Assembly: GCF_964204645.1 (NCBI RefSeq)
Contig: NC_134035.1
Span: 6,510,001-6,574,000, forward strand
From: Tubulanus polymorphus
Lineage: Eukaryota > Animalia > Nemertea
DNA: 64,000 bases
Direction: 5' to 3'
The notes beneath the pieces are model-generated. The model saw nothing but the letters and a program-made list of their open reading frames with translations, had not been told where the DNA came from and did no database searches. Below are positions 51,847 to 64,000 of this stretch, piece after piece; the stretch's first letter is position 1, and every line of letters begins with the position of its first letter. The translations under genes and the position numbers were made by a program.

Positions 51847-52896
51847 CGTGACGGCGGCTTGATGTGATGTTACTCAGATTTGAGTCACCAATCACCAGAA
51901 TGGGTCGCCGGGTTGGTGGCAGACTCCAATCCTGTTTCTTCCGACCCGTATTCGGATGACGGCGAACTTCCTGGGGCGCCATCGGTCTCGGTGTTGGCGT
52001 CGGACTTCGCGCTGGCAGTAGGCGCCCTGGTGACCTGTAATGAGACGGAGAGCTGGAAAGAGAAGAAGAGAGAGACGGCGTCGGACTGCTGGTTGGTGCG
52101 GTCGGCGTTCTCTGCGGCGGCGGCGTCGGGTTTCGAGGCGGCGGCGTCGGACTTCTCGGTGGCGTCGGACTTCTTGGTGGCGGCGGCGGCGTCGGCATCG
52201 GATTTCTCGGTGGTGGCGCCATTCTGGTTGGTGGCGTCCTGGTGACATCCGCGTAGCTTCTCGGTGACCTGGAATCAGAAAAAGAAGGAGGCGCTGTGGG
52301 CGCGGCGGGCGCGGCTGCGGTTGGTGCAGGCGTCCTCGGCGTCGTGGGCTTTCGAATCTTCCGGCTCGGTCTCGGCGGCGGACGAATCTTCGGCTCCGTG
52401 GGTGCCTCCTGGTGGTGTGACCTGAAATGAGAAGGGGAAGAAGGTGGGTTAGATAGGACATTTCTGAGTTTGTCAGACAGAGCCTGACCGCGGAATTTCG
52501 ACCGCAAATCCAGCGCGATGTTGAAAAGCCGGATCGTTCCGGGGCTCAGACGGGAGCCGAAATTCCTCCGGGCCCATGTCAGGGCGACATCCTGTGCTGA
52601 TAGACAGTCCGGCAGAGGATCACCCATTAGCTCAACAAATGTGGCAGCGTAATGGATGGTCAGCTCTTTCGAAACTGTCTCCATCCAGACGTCCGCGGCA
52701 GCGTGCAGCTGCACCGTTACTGCTTCGGTGCAAGCCGCCGGCCGCAGGAACATCTTCAGATGGTCCTTCTTCCTCCGAATCGCTTTCGGACCAGAGCTCA
52801 ACTGGGCAAGGTGGTGCGCCACTTGAAGAGCTCGATAGTAATTTTTCGGCGACATCCCGGGTTGCTGGTGTCGCTCAGGGCGTCCTCCGCCCTTGC
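51847..52896 (-). mobile_element. GC-rich retroelement fragment: ORF1-like (helical domain, Pro/Ser/Thr-rich linker, start of an SGNH/GDSL-type esterase), probably Penelope-like
   Basis: The frame is open across the whole insert; first ATG at 52855 (MSPKNYYRALQVAHHL...WARRNFG...RHPNTGRKKQDWSL...ILVIGDSNLSNIT). The stop codon (51842-51844) comes from the satellite. No TSD, no RT. Confidence 0.6.
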
Positions 52897-55800
52897 TGGT
52901 TTTGTCGCCCACGACAATTCTTGTTTTTGGTTTTGTCGCCCGCGACAATTCATTATTTTGGTTTTATCGCCCGCGACAATTCAATATTTTGTTTTTATCG
53001 TCCGCGACAATTCATTATTTTGGTTTTGTCGCCCGAGACAATTCATTATTTTGGTTTTGTCGCCTGAGAAAATTCATTATTTTTGTTTTATCGCCCGCGA
53101 CAATTCATTATTTTGGTTTTGTCGCCCGCGACAATTCATTATTACGGTTTTGTCGCCCGCGACAATTCATTATTTTGGTTTTATCGCCAGCGACAATTCA
53201 ATATTTTGGTTTTGTCGCCCGCGACTATTCAATATTTTGGATTTGTCGCCCGCGACAATTCATTATTTTTAGTTTTATCGCCTTCGACAATTCATTATTT
53301 TGGTTTTGTCGCGCCGACAATTCTTTTTTTTGGTTTTGTCGCCCGCGACAATTCATTAGTTTGGTTTTGTCACCCGCGATAATTCATTATTTTGGTTTTA
53401 TCTCCAGCGACAATTCATTAATTTGGTTTTGTCGCCCGCGACAATTCATTAGTTTGGTTTTGTCGCCCGCGACAATCAATATTTTGGTTTTATCGCACAC
53501 GACAATTCATTACTTTGGTTTTATCTCCAACGACAATTCATTAATTTGTTTTTGTCGCCTCGACAATTTTTTTTTTGGTTTTGTCGCCCGCGACAATTCA
53601 TTAGTTTGGTTTTGTTGCCCGCGACAATTCAATATTTTGGTTTTGTCGCCCGCGACAATTCAATATTTTGGTTTTATCGCCCGCGACAATTCAATATTTT
53701 GGTTTTATCGCCCGCGACAATTCAATATTTTGGTTTTATCGCTCGCGACAATTCATTATTTTGGTTTTGTCGCCCGCGACGATTCATTATTACGGTTTTG
53801 TCGCCCGCGACAATTCATTATTTTGGTTTTGTCGCCCACGACAATTCTTGTTTTTGGTTTTGTCGCCCGCGACAATTCATTATTTTGGTTTTATCGCCCG
53901 CGACAATTCAATATTTTGTTTTTATCGTCCGCGACAATTCATTATTTTGGTTTTGTCGCCCGAGACAATTCATTATTTTGGTTTTATCGCCCGCGATAAT
54001 TCATTATTTTGGTTTTGTCGCCTGAGAAAATTCATTATTTTTGTTTTATCGCCCGCGACAATTCATTATTTTGGTTTTGTCGCCCGCGACAATTCATTAT
54101 TACGGTTTTGTCGCTCGCGACAATTCATTATTTTGGTTTTATCGCCAGCGACAATTCAATATTTTGGTTTTGTCGCCCGCGACTATTCAATATTTTGGAT
54201 TTGTCGCCCGCGACAATTCATTATTTTTAGTTTTATCGCCTTCGACAATTCATTATTTTGGTTTTGTCGCGCCGACAATTCTTTTTTTGGTTTTGTCGCC
54301 CGCGACAATTCATTAGTTTGGTTTTGTCACCCGCGATAATTCATTATTTTGGTTTTATCTCCAGCGACAATTCATTAATTTGGTTTTGTCGCCCGCGACA
54401 TTTCAAGATTTTGGTTTTGTCGCCCGTGACAATTCATTATTTTGGTTTTATCGCCGGCGATAATTCATTATTTTGGTTTTGTCGCCTGGACAATTCACCA
54501 TTTTGGTTTTGTCGCCCGCGACAACTCATTATTTTGGTTATGTCGCCCCGACAATTCTTTTTTTGGTTTTGTCGCCCGCGACAATTCATTAGTTTGGTTT
54601 TGTCGCCCGCGACAATCAATATTTTGGTTTTATCGCCCGCGACAATTCATTACTTTGGTTTTATCTCCAGCGACAATTCATTATTTTGGTTTTGGCGCCC
54701 GCGACAATTCATTAGTTTGGTTTTGTCGCCCGCGACAATCAATATTTTGGTTTTATCGCCCGCGACAATTCAATATTTTGGTTTTATCGCCCGCGAAAAT
54801 TCATTATTACGGTTTTATCGCTCGCGACAATTCATTATTTTGGTTTTGTCGCCGGCGACAATTCATTATTACGGTTTTGTCGCCCGCGACAATTCATTAT
54901 TACGGTTTTGTCTCCCGGGACAATTCATTATTTTTAGTTTTATCGCCCGCAACAATTCATTATTTTGGTTTTGTCGCGCCGACAATTCTTTTTTTGGTTT
55001 TGTCGCCCGCGACAATTCAAGATTTTGGTTTTGTCGCCCGTGACAATTCATTATTTTGGTTTTGTCGCCCGCGACAATTCATTAGTTTGGTTTTGTCACC
55101 CGCGATAATTCATTATTTTGGTATTATCGCCCGCGACAATTCTTTATTTTGGTTTTGTCGCCCGCGACAATTCATTATTTTGGTTTTATCGCCCGCGACA
55201 ATTCAATATTTTGTTTTTATCGTCCGCGACAATTCATTATTATGGTTTTGTCGCCCGAGACAATTCATTATTTTCGTTTTATCGTCCGCGACAATTCAAT
55301 ATTTTGGTTTTATCGCCCGCGACAATTCATTATTTTGGTTTTGTCGCGCCGACAATTCTTTTTTTGGTTTTGTCGCCCGCGATAATTCATTAGTTTGGTT
55401 TTGTCACCCGCGATAATTCATTATTTTGGTTTTATCGCCCGCGACAATTCATTATTTTGGTTTTGTCGCGCCGACAATTCTTTTTTTTTGGTTTTGTCGC
55501 CCGCGACAATTCAAGATTTTAGTTTTGTCGCCCGTGACAATTCATTATTTTGGTTTTATCGCCGGCGATAATTCATTATTTTGGTTTTGTCGCCTGGACA
55601 ATTCACCATTTTGGTTTTGTCGCCCGCGACAATTCATTATTTTGGTTATGTCGCCCCGACAATTCTTTTTTTGGTTTTGTCGCCCGCGACAATTCATTAG
55701 TTTGGTTTTGTCGCCCGCGACAATCAATATTTTGGTTTTATCGCCCACGACAATTCATTACTTTGGTTTTATCTCCAGCGACAATTCATTATTTTGGTTT

Positions 55801-58800
55801 TGTCGCCTCGACAATTCTTTTTTTGGTTTTGTCGCCCGCGACCACAATTCATTAGTTTGGTTTTGTCGCCCGCGACATTTCAAGATTTTGGTTTTGTCGC
55901 CCGTGACAATTCATTATTTTGGTTTTATCGCCGGCGATAATTCATTATTTTGGTTTTGTCGCCTGGACAATTCACCATTTTGGTTTTGTCGCCCGCGACA
56001 ATTCATTATTTTGGTTATGTCGCCCCGACAATTCTTTTTTTGGTTTTGTCGCCCGCGACAATTCATTAGTTTGGTTTTGTCGCCCGCGACAATCAATATT
56101 TTGGTTTTATCGCCCACGACAATTCATTACTTTGGTTTTATCTCCAGCGACAATTCATTATTTTGGTGTTGGCGCCCGCGACAATTCATTAGTTTGGTTT
56201 TGTCGCCCGCGACAATCAATATTTTGGTTTTATCGCCCGCGACAATTCAATATTTTGGTTTTATCGCCCGCGAAAATTCATTATTACGGTTTTATCGCTC
56301 GCGACAATTCATTATTTTGGTTTTGTCGCCCGCGACAATTCATTATTACGGTTTTGTCGCCCGCGACAATTCATTATTACGGTTTTGTCTCCCGGGACAA
56401 TTCATTATTTTTAGTTTTATCGCCCGCAACAATTCATTATTTTGGTTTTGTCGCGCCGACAATTCTTTTTTTGGTTTTGTCGCCCGCGACAATTCATTAG
56501 TTTGGTTTTGTCACCCGCGATAATTCATTATTTTGGTTTTATCGCCCGCGACAATTCTTTATTTTGGTTTTGTCGCCCGCGACAATTCATTATTTTGGTT
56601 TTATCGCCCGCGACAATTCAATATTTTGTTTTTATCGTCCGCGACAATTCATTATTTTGGTTTTGTCGCCCGAGACAATTCATTATTTTCGTTTTATCGT
56701 CCGCGACAATTCAATATTTTGGTTTTATCGCCCGCGACAATTCATTATTTTGGTTTTGTCGCGCCGACAATTCTTTTTTTGGTTTTGTCGCCCGCGATAA
56801 TTCATTAGTTTGGTTTTGTCACCCGCGATAATTCATTATTTTGGTTTTATCGCCCGCGACAATTCATTATTTTGGTTTTGTCGCGCCGACAATTCTTTTT
56901 TTTTGGTTTTGTCGCCCGCGACAATTCAAGATTTTAGTTTTGTCGCCCGTGACAATTCATTATTTTGGTTTTATCGCCGGCGATAATTCATTATTTTGGT
57001 TTTGTCGCCTGGACAATTCACCATTTTGGTTTTGTCGCCCGCGACAATTCATTATTTTGGTTATGTCGCCCCGACAATTCTTTTTTTGGTTTTGTCGCCC
57101 GCGACAATTCATTAGTTTGGTTTTGTCGCCCGCGACAATCAATATTTTGGTTTTATCGCCCACGACAATTCATTACTTTGGTTTTATCTCCAGCGACAAT
57201 TCATTATTTTGGTTTTGGCACCCGCGACAATTCATTAGTTTGGTTTTGTCGCCCGCGACAATCAATATTTTGGTTTTATCGCCCACGTCAATTCATTACT
57301 TTGGTTTTATCTCCACAGACAATTCATTAATTTGTTTTTGTCGCCTCGACAATTCTTTTTTTGGTTTTGTCGCCCGCGACAATTCATTAGTTTGGTTTTG
57401 TCGCCCGCGACAATTCAATATTTTGGTTTTGTCGCCAGCGACAATTCAATATTTTGGTTTTATCGCCCGCGACAATTCATTATTACGGTTTTATCGCTCG
57501 CGACAATTCATTATTTTGGTTTTGTCGCCCGCGACAATTCATTATTACGGTTTTGTCGTCCGCGACAATTCATTATTACGGTTTTGTCTCCCGGGACAAT
57601 TCATTATTTTTAGTTTTATCGCCCGCAACAATTCATTATTTTGGTTTTGTCGCGCCGACAATTCTTTTTTTGGTTTTGTCGCCCGCGACAATTCATTAGT
57701 TTGGTTTTGTCACCCGCGATAATTCATTATTTTGGTTTTATCGCCCGCGACAATTCTTTATTTTGGTTTTGTCGCCCGCGACAATTCATTATTTTGGTTT
57801 TATCGCCCGCGACAATTCAATATTTTGTTTTTATCGTCCGCGACAATTCATTATTTTGGTTTTGTCGCCCGAGACAATTCATTATTTTGGTTATGTCGCC
57901 CCGACAATTCTTTTTTTGGTTTTGTCGCCCGCGACAATTCATTAGTTTGGTTTTGTCGCCCGCGACAATCAATATTTTGGTTTTATCGCCCACGACATTT
58001 CATTACTTTGGTTTTATCTCCAGCGACAATTCATTATTTTGGTTTTGGCACCCGCGACAATTCATTAGTTTGGTTTTGTCGCCCGCGACAATCAATATTT
58101 TGGTTTTATCGCCCACGTCAATTCATTACTTTGGTTTTATCTCCACAGACAATTCATTAATTTGTTTTTGTCGCCTCGACAATTCTTTTTTTGGTTTTGT
58201 CGCCCGCGACAATTCATTAGTTTGGTTTTGTCGCCCGCGACAATTCAATATTTTGGTTTTGTCGCCCGCGACAATTCAATATTTTGGTTTTATCGCCCGC
58301 GACAATTCATTATTACGGTTTTATCGCTCGCGACAATTCATTATTTTGGTTTTGTCGCCCGCGACAATTCATTATTACAGTTTTGTCGCCCGCGACAATT
58401 CATTATTACGGTTTTGTCTCCCGGGACAATTCATTATTTTTAGTTTTATCGCCTGCAACAATTCATTATTTTGGTTTTGTCGCGCCGACAATTCTTTTTT
58501 TGGTTTTGTCGCCCGCGACAATTCATTAGTTTGGTTTTGTCACACGCGATAATTCATTATTTTGGTTTTATCGCCCGCGACAATTCTTTATTTTGGTTTT
58601 GTCGCCCGCGATAATTCATTATTTTGGTTTTATCGCCCGCGACAATTCAATATTTTGTTTTTATCGTCCGCGACAATTCATTATTTTGGTTTTGTCGCCC
58701 GAGACAATTCATTATTTTGGTTTTATCGTCCGCGACAATTCAATATTTTGGTTTTATCGCCCGCGACAATTCATTATTTTGGTTTTGTCGCGCCGACAAT

Positions 58801-61800
58801 TCTTTTTTTGGTTTTGTCGCCCGCGACAATTCATTAGTTTGGTTTTGTCACCCGCGATAATTCATTATTTTGGTTTTATCGCCCGCGACAATTCATTATT
58901 TTGGTTTTATCTCCAGCGACAATTCATTATTTTGGTTTTGTCGCCCACGACAATTCTTTTTTTGGTTTTGTCGCCCGCGACAATTCATTATTTTGGTTTT
59001 GTCGCCTGAGAAAATTCATTATTTTTGTTTTATCGCCCGCGACAATTCATTAGTACGGTTTTATCGCCCGCGACAATTCATTATTTTGGTTTTATCGCCC
59101 GCGATAATTCATTATTTTGGTTTTGTCGCCTGAGAAAATTCATTATTTTTGTTGTATCGCCCGCGACAATTCATTATTACGGTTTTATCGCCCGCGACAA
59201 TTCATTATTTTGGTTTTATCGCCCGCGACAATTCAATATTTTGGTTTTGTCGCCCGCGACTATTCAATATTTTGGTTTTGTCGCCCGCGAATATTCATTA
59301 TTTTCAGTTTTATCGCCTTCGACAATTCATTATTTTGGTTTTGTCGCGCTGACAATTCTTTTTTTGGTTTTGTCGCCCGCGACAATTCAAGATTTTGGTT
59401 TTGTCGCCCGTGACAATTCATTATTTTGGTTTTATCGCCGGCGATAATTCATTATTTTGGTTTTGTCGCCTGGACAATTCACCATTTTGGTTTTGTCGCC
59501 CGCGACAATTCATTATTTTGGTTATGTCGCCCCGACAATTCTTTTTTTGGTTTTGTCGCCCGCGACAATTCATTAGTTTGGTTTTGTCGCCCGCGACAAT
59601 CAATATTTTGGTTTTATCGCCCACGACAATTCATTACTTTGGTTTTATCTCCAGCGACAATTCATTATTTTGGTTTTGTCGCCCACGACAATTCAATATT
59701 TTGGTTTTGTCGCCCGCGACTATTCAATATTTTGGTTTTGTCGCCTGCGACAATTCATTATTTTGGTTTTGTCGCGCCGACAATTCTTTTTTTTGGTTTT
59801 GTCGCCCGCGACAATTCAAGATTTTGGTTTTGTCGCCCGTGACAATTCATTATTTTGGTTTTATCGCCGGCGATAATTCATTATTTTGGTTTTGTCGCCT
59901 GGACAATTCATTATTTTGGTTATGTCGCCCCGACAATTCTTTTTTTGGTTTTGTCGCCCGAGACAATTCATTATTATAGTTTTATCGCCCGCGACAATTC
60001 ATTATTTTGGTTTTGTCGCCCGAGACAATTCATTATTTTAGTTTTATCGCCCGTGACAATTCATTATTTTTTTTTTATCGCCGGCGACAATTCATTATTT
60101 TGGTTTTGTCGCCTGGACAATTCACCATTTTGGTTTTGTCGCCCGCGACAATTCATTATTTTGGCTTTGTCGCCCCGACAATTCTTTTTTTGGTTTTGTC
60201 GCCCGCGACAATTCATTAGTTTGGTTTTATCTCCAGCGACAATTCATTATTTTGGTTTTGTCGCCCGCGACAATTCTTGTTTTTGGCTTTGTCGCCCGCG
60301 ACAATTCATTATTTTGGTTTTATCGCCCGCGATAATTCATTATTTTGGTTTTGTCGCCTGAGAAAATTCATTATTTTTGTTGTATCGCCCGCGACAATTC
60401 ATTATTACGGTTTTATCGCCCGCGACAATTCAATATTTTGGTTTTGTCGCCCGCGACTATTCAATATTTTGGTTTTGTCGCCCGCGACAATTCATTATTT
60501 TCAGTTTTATCGCCTTCGACAATTCATTATTTTGGTTTTGTCGCACCGACAATTCTTTTTTTTTGGTTTTGTCGCCCGCGACAATTCAAGATTTTGGTTT
60601 TGTCGCCCGTGACAATTCATTATTTTGGTTTTATCGCCGGCGATAATTCATTATTTTGGTTTTGTCGCCTGGACAATTCACCATTTTGGTTTTGTCGCCC
60701 GCGACAATTCATTATTTTGGTTATGTCGCCCCGACAATTCTTTTTTTGGTTTTGTCGCCCGCGACAATTCATTAGTTTGGTTTTGTCGCCCGCGACAATC
60801 AATATTTTGGTTTTATCGCCCACGACAATTCATTACTTTGGTTTTATCTCCAGCGACAATTCATTATTTTGGTTTTGTCCCCCACGACAATTCATTAGTT
60901 TGGTTTTGTCGCCCGCGACAATCAATATTTTGGTTTTATCGCACACGACAATTCATTACTTTGGTTTTATCTCCAACGACAATTCATTAATTTGTTTTTG
61001 TCGCCTCGACAATTTTTTTTTTGGTTTTGTCGCCCGCGACAATTCATTAGTTTGGTTTTGTCGCCCGCGACAATTCAATATTTTGGTTTTGTCGCCCGCG
61101 ACAATTCAATATTTTGGTTTTATCGCCCGCGACAATTCAATATTTTGGTTTTATCGCCCGCGACAATTCAATATTTTGGTTTTATCGCTCGCGACAATTC
61201 AATATTTTGTTTTTATCGTCCGCGACAATTCATTATTTTGGTTTTGTCGCCCGAGACAATTCATTATTTTGGTTTTATCGCCCGCGATAATTCATTATTT
61301 TGGTTTTGTCGCCTGAGAAAATTCATTATTTTTGTTTTATCGCCCGCGACAATTCATTATTTTGGTTTTGTCGCCCGCGACAATTCATTATTACGGTTTT
61401 GTCGCCCGCGACAATTCATTATTTTGGTTTTATCGCCCGCGACAATTCAATATTTTGGTTTTGTCGCCCGCGACTATTCAATATTTTGGATTTGTCGCCC
61501 GCGACAATTCATTATTTTTAGTTTTATCGCCTTCGACAATTCATTATTTTGGTTTTGTCGCGCCGACAATTCTTTTTTTGGTTTTGTCGCCCGCGACAAT
61601 TCATTAGTTTGGTTATGTCGCCCCGACAATTCTTTTTTTGGTTTTGTCGCCCGCGACAATTCATTAGTTTGGTTTTGTCGCCCGCGACAATCAATATTTT
61701 GGTTTTATCGCCCACGACATTTCATTACTTTGGTTTTATCTCCAGCGACAATTCATTATTTTGGTTTTGGCACCCGCGACAATTCATTAGTTTGGTTTTG

Positions 61801-64000
61801 TCGCCCGCGACAATCAATATTTTGGTTTTATCGCCCACGTCAATTCATTACTTTGGTTTTATCTCCACAGACAATTCATTAATTTGTTTTTGTCGCCTCG
61901 ACAATTCTTTTTTTGGTTTTGTCGCCCGCGACAATTCATTAGTTTGGTTTTGTCGCCCGCGACAATTCAATATTTTGGTTTTGTCGCCCGCGACAATTCA
62001 ATATTTTGGTTTTATCGCCCGCGACAATTCATTATTACGGTTTTATCGCTCGCGACAATTCATTATTTTGGTTTTGTCGCCCGCGACAATTCATTATTAC
62101 GGTTTTGTCGCCCGCGACAATTCATTATTACGGTTTTGTCTCCCGGGACAATTCATTATTTTTAGTTTTATCGCCCGCAACAATTCATTATTTTGGTTTT
62201 GTCGCGCCGACAATTCTTTTTTTGGTTTTGTCGCCCGCGACAATTCATTAGTTTGGTTTTGCCACCCGCGATAATTCATTATTTTGGTTTTATCGCCCGC
62301 GACAATTCTTTATTTTGGTTTTGTCGCCCGCGACAATTCATTATTTTGGTTTTATCGCCCGCGACAATTCAATATTTTGTTTTTATCGTCCGCGACAATT
62401 CATTATTTTGGTTTTGTCGCCCGAGACAATTCATTATTTTGGTTTTATCGTCCGCGACAATTCAATATTTTGGTTTTATCGCCCGCGACAATTCATTATT
62501 TTGGTTTTGTCGCGCCGACAATTCTTTTTTTGGTTTTGTCGCCCGCGACAATTCATTAGTTTGGTTTTGTCACCCGCGATAATTCATTATTTTGGTTTTA
62601 TCGCCCGCGACAATTCATTATTTTGGTTTTATCTCCAGCGACAATTCATTATTTTGGTTTTGTCGCCCACGACAATTCTTTTTTTGGTTTTGTCGCCCGC
62701 GACAATTCATTATTTTGGTTTTGTCGCCTGAGAAAATTCATTATTTTTGTTTTATCGCCCGCGACAATTCATTAGTACGGTTTTATCGCCCGCGACAATT
62801 CATTATTTTGGTTTTATCGCCCGCGATAATTCATTATTTTGGTTTTGTCGCCTGAGAAAATTCATTATTTTTGTTGTATCGCCCGCGACAATTCATTATT
62901 ACGGTTTTATCGCCTGCGACAATTCATTATTTTGGTTTTTGTCGTCCGCGACAATTCAATATTTTGGTTTTGTCGCCCGCGACTATTCAATATTTTGGTT
63001 TTGTCGCCCGCGAATATTCATTATTTTCAGTTTAATCGCCTTCGACAATTCATTATTTTGGTTTTGTCGCGCCGACAATTCATTATTTTGGTTTTATCGC
63101 CGGCGATAATTCATTATTTTGGTTTTGTCGCCTGGACAATTCACCATTTTGGTTTTGTCGCCCGCGACAATCAATATTTTGGTTTTATCGCCCACGACAA
63201 TTCATTACTTTGGTTTTATCTCCAGCGACAATTCATTATTTTGGTTTTATCGCCCACGTCAATTCATTACTTTGGTTTTATCTCCACAGACAATTCATTA
63301 ATTTGTTTTTGTCGCCTCGACAATTCTTTTTTTGGTTTTGTCGCCCGCGACAATTCATTAGTTTGGTTTTGTCGCCCGCGACAATTCAATATTTTGGTTT
63401 TGTCGCCCGCGACAATTCAATATTTTGGTTTTATCGCCCGCGACAATTCAATATTTTGGTTTTATCGCCCGCGACAATTCAATATTTTGGTTTTATCGCT
63501 CGCGACAATTCATTATTTTGGTTTTGTCGCCCGCGACGATTCATTATTACGGTTTTGTCGCCCGCGACGATTCATTATTTTGGTTTTGTCGCCCACGACA
63601 ATTCTTGTTTTTAGTTTTGTCGCCCGCGACAATTCATTATTTTGGTTTTATCGCCCGCGACAATTCAATATTTTGTTTTTATCGTCCGCGACAATTCATT
63701 ATTTTGGTTTTTTCGCCCGCGACAATTCAATATTTTGGTTTTGTCGCCCGCGACTATTCAATATTTTGGATTTGTTGCCTGCGACAATTCATTATTTTTA
63801 GTTTTATTATTCAATATTTTGGTTTTGTCGCCCGCGAATATTCATTATTTTCAGTTTAATCGCCTTCGACAATTCATTATTTTGGTTTTGTCGCGCCGAC
63901 AATTCATTATTTTGGTTTTATCGCCGGCGATAATTCATTATTTTGGTTTTGTCGCCTGGACAATTCACCATTTTGGTTTTGTCGCCCGCGACAATCAATA

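Larger units (their letters stand above)
16361..64000 (+). repeat. 31-bp satellite array 2 (roughly 1400 monomers, runs off the window), with higher-order repeats and six interruptions
   Basis: Single-orientation tandem 30-32-bp monomers. Satellite segments: 16361-17171, 18058-21951, 22447-33602, 34489-35450, 35946-51026, 51521-51846, 52897-64000. Confidence 0.98.

Noticed and set aside
51880-53272. Plus-strand and alternative-frame ORFs over the GC-rich insert (51880, 51892, 52040, 52576, 52652) and the first 17 or so codons of the 368-aa ORF
   Set aside because: These are shadow ORFs of GC-rich sequence. The MSRATKPK... start is satellite-derived. Only the frame containing GDSNL has recognisable motifs.
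10003-64000. Hundreds of ORFs up to 548 aa (VLSPATIHY / FGFIARDNSL / FWFYRPRQFII) and the recurring 67-aa minus-strand ORFs
   Set aside because: The plus-strand consensus has no stop codon, and 31 is not a multiple of 3, so every frame cycles through the same three peptides. Indel variants are frequent and most starts are TTG/GTG. These are repeat artefacts.
16361-64000. CRISPR array (about 30-bp palindromic repeat)
   Set aside because: Monomers are directly adjacent with no unique spacers, there are no cas genes, and the context is eukaryotic transposons.

Overview
Eukaryotic (probably bilaterian invertebrate, AT-rich) repeat-dense DNA; no host gene, rRNA, true tRNA gene or CRISPR array is supportable. 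Positions 1-10 kb and 13.5-16.3 kb are a stack of nested non-autonomous transposons: two Helentron/HINE-like families, a MULE-like element with a 9-bp TSD, a 2.16-kb CAGGG-ended TIR element with a 7-bp TSD, and TAYGG-ended MITEs. The CAGGG element carries a short C2-C2 zinc-finger ORF resembling the RAG1/Chapaev N-terminus, plus a Penelope-type end with a minimal hammerhead ribozyme. About 47 kb is a 31-bp satellite (consensus ttttggttttRtcgcccgcgacaattcatta, with the dyad TTGTCGC-cc-GCGACAA) in two arrays, 10063-13466 and 16361 to the window end. Each array lies inside one of two copies of the same HINE-like element, one copy nested in the other. The large array has multi-level higher-order repeats (about 0.3-3.7 kb and 13.5-16.4 kb). 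It is interrupted by five fragments of a second HINE family and by one GC-rich 1.05-kb fragment encoding an uninterrupted retroelement ORF1-like protein that ends in a GDSN (SGNH-type) motif. Nearly all ORFs in the supplied track are artefacts of the 31-bp repeat. All family assignments come from structure and recalled family knowledge, not from database searches.
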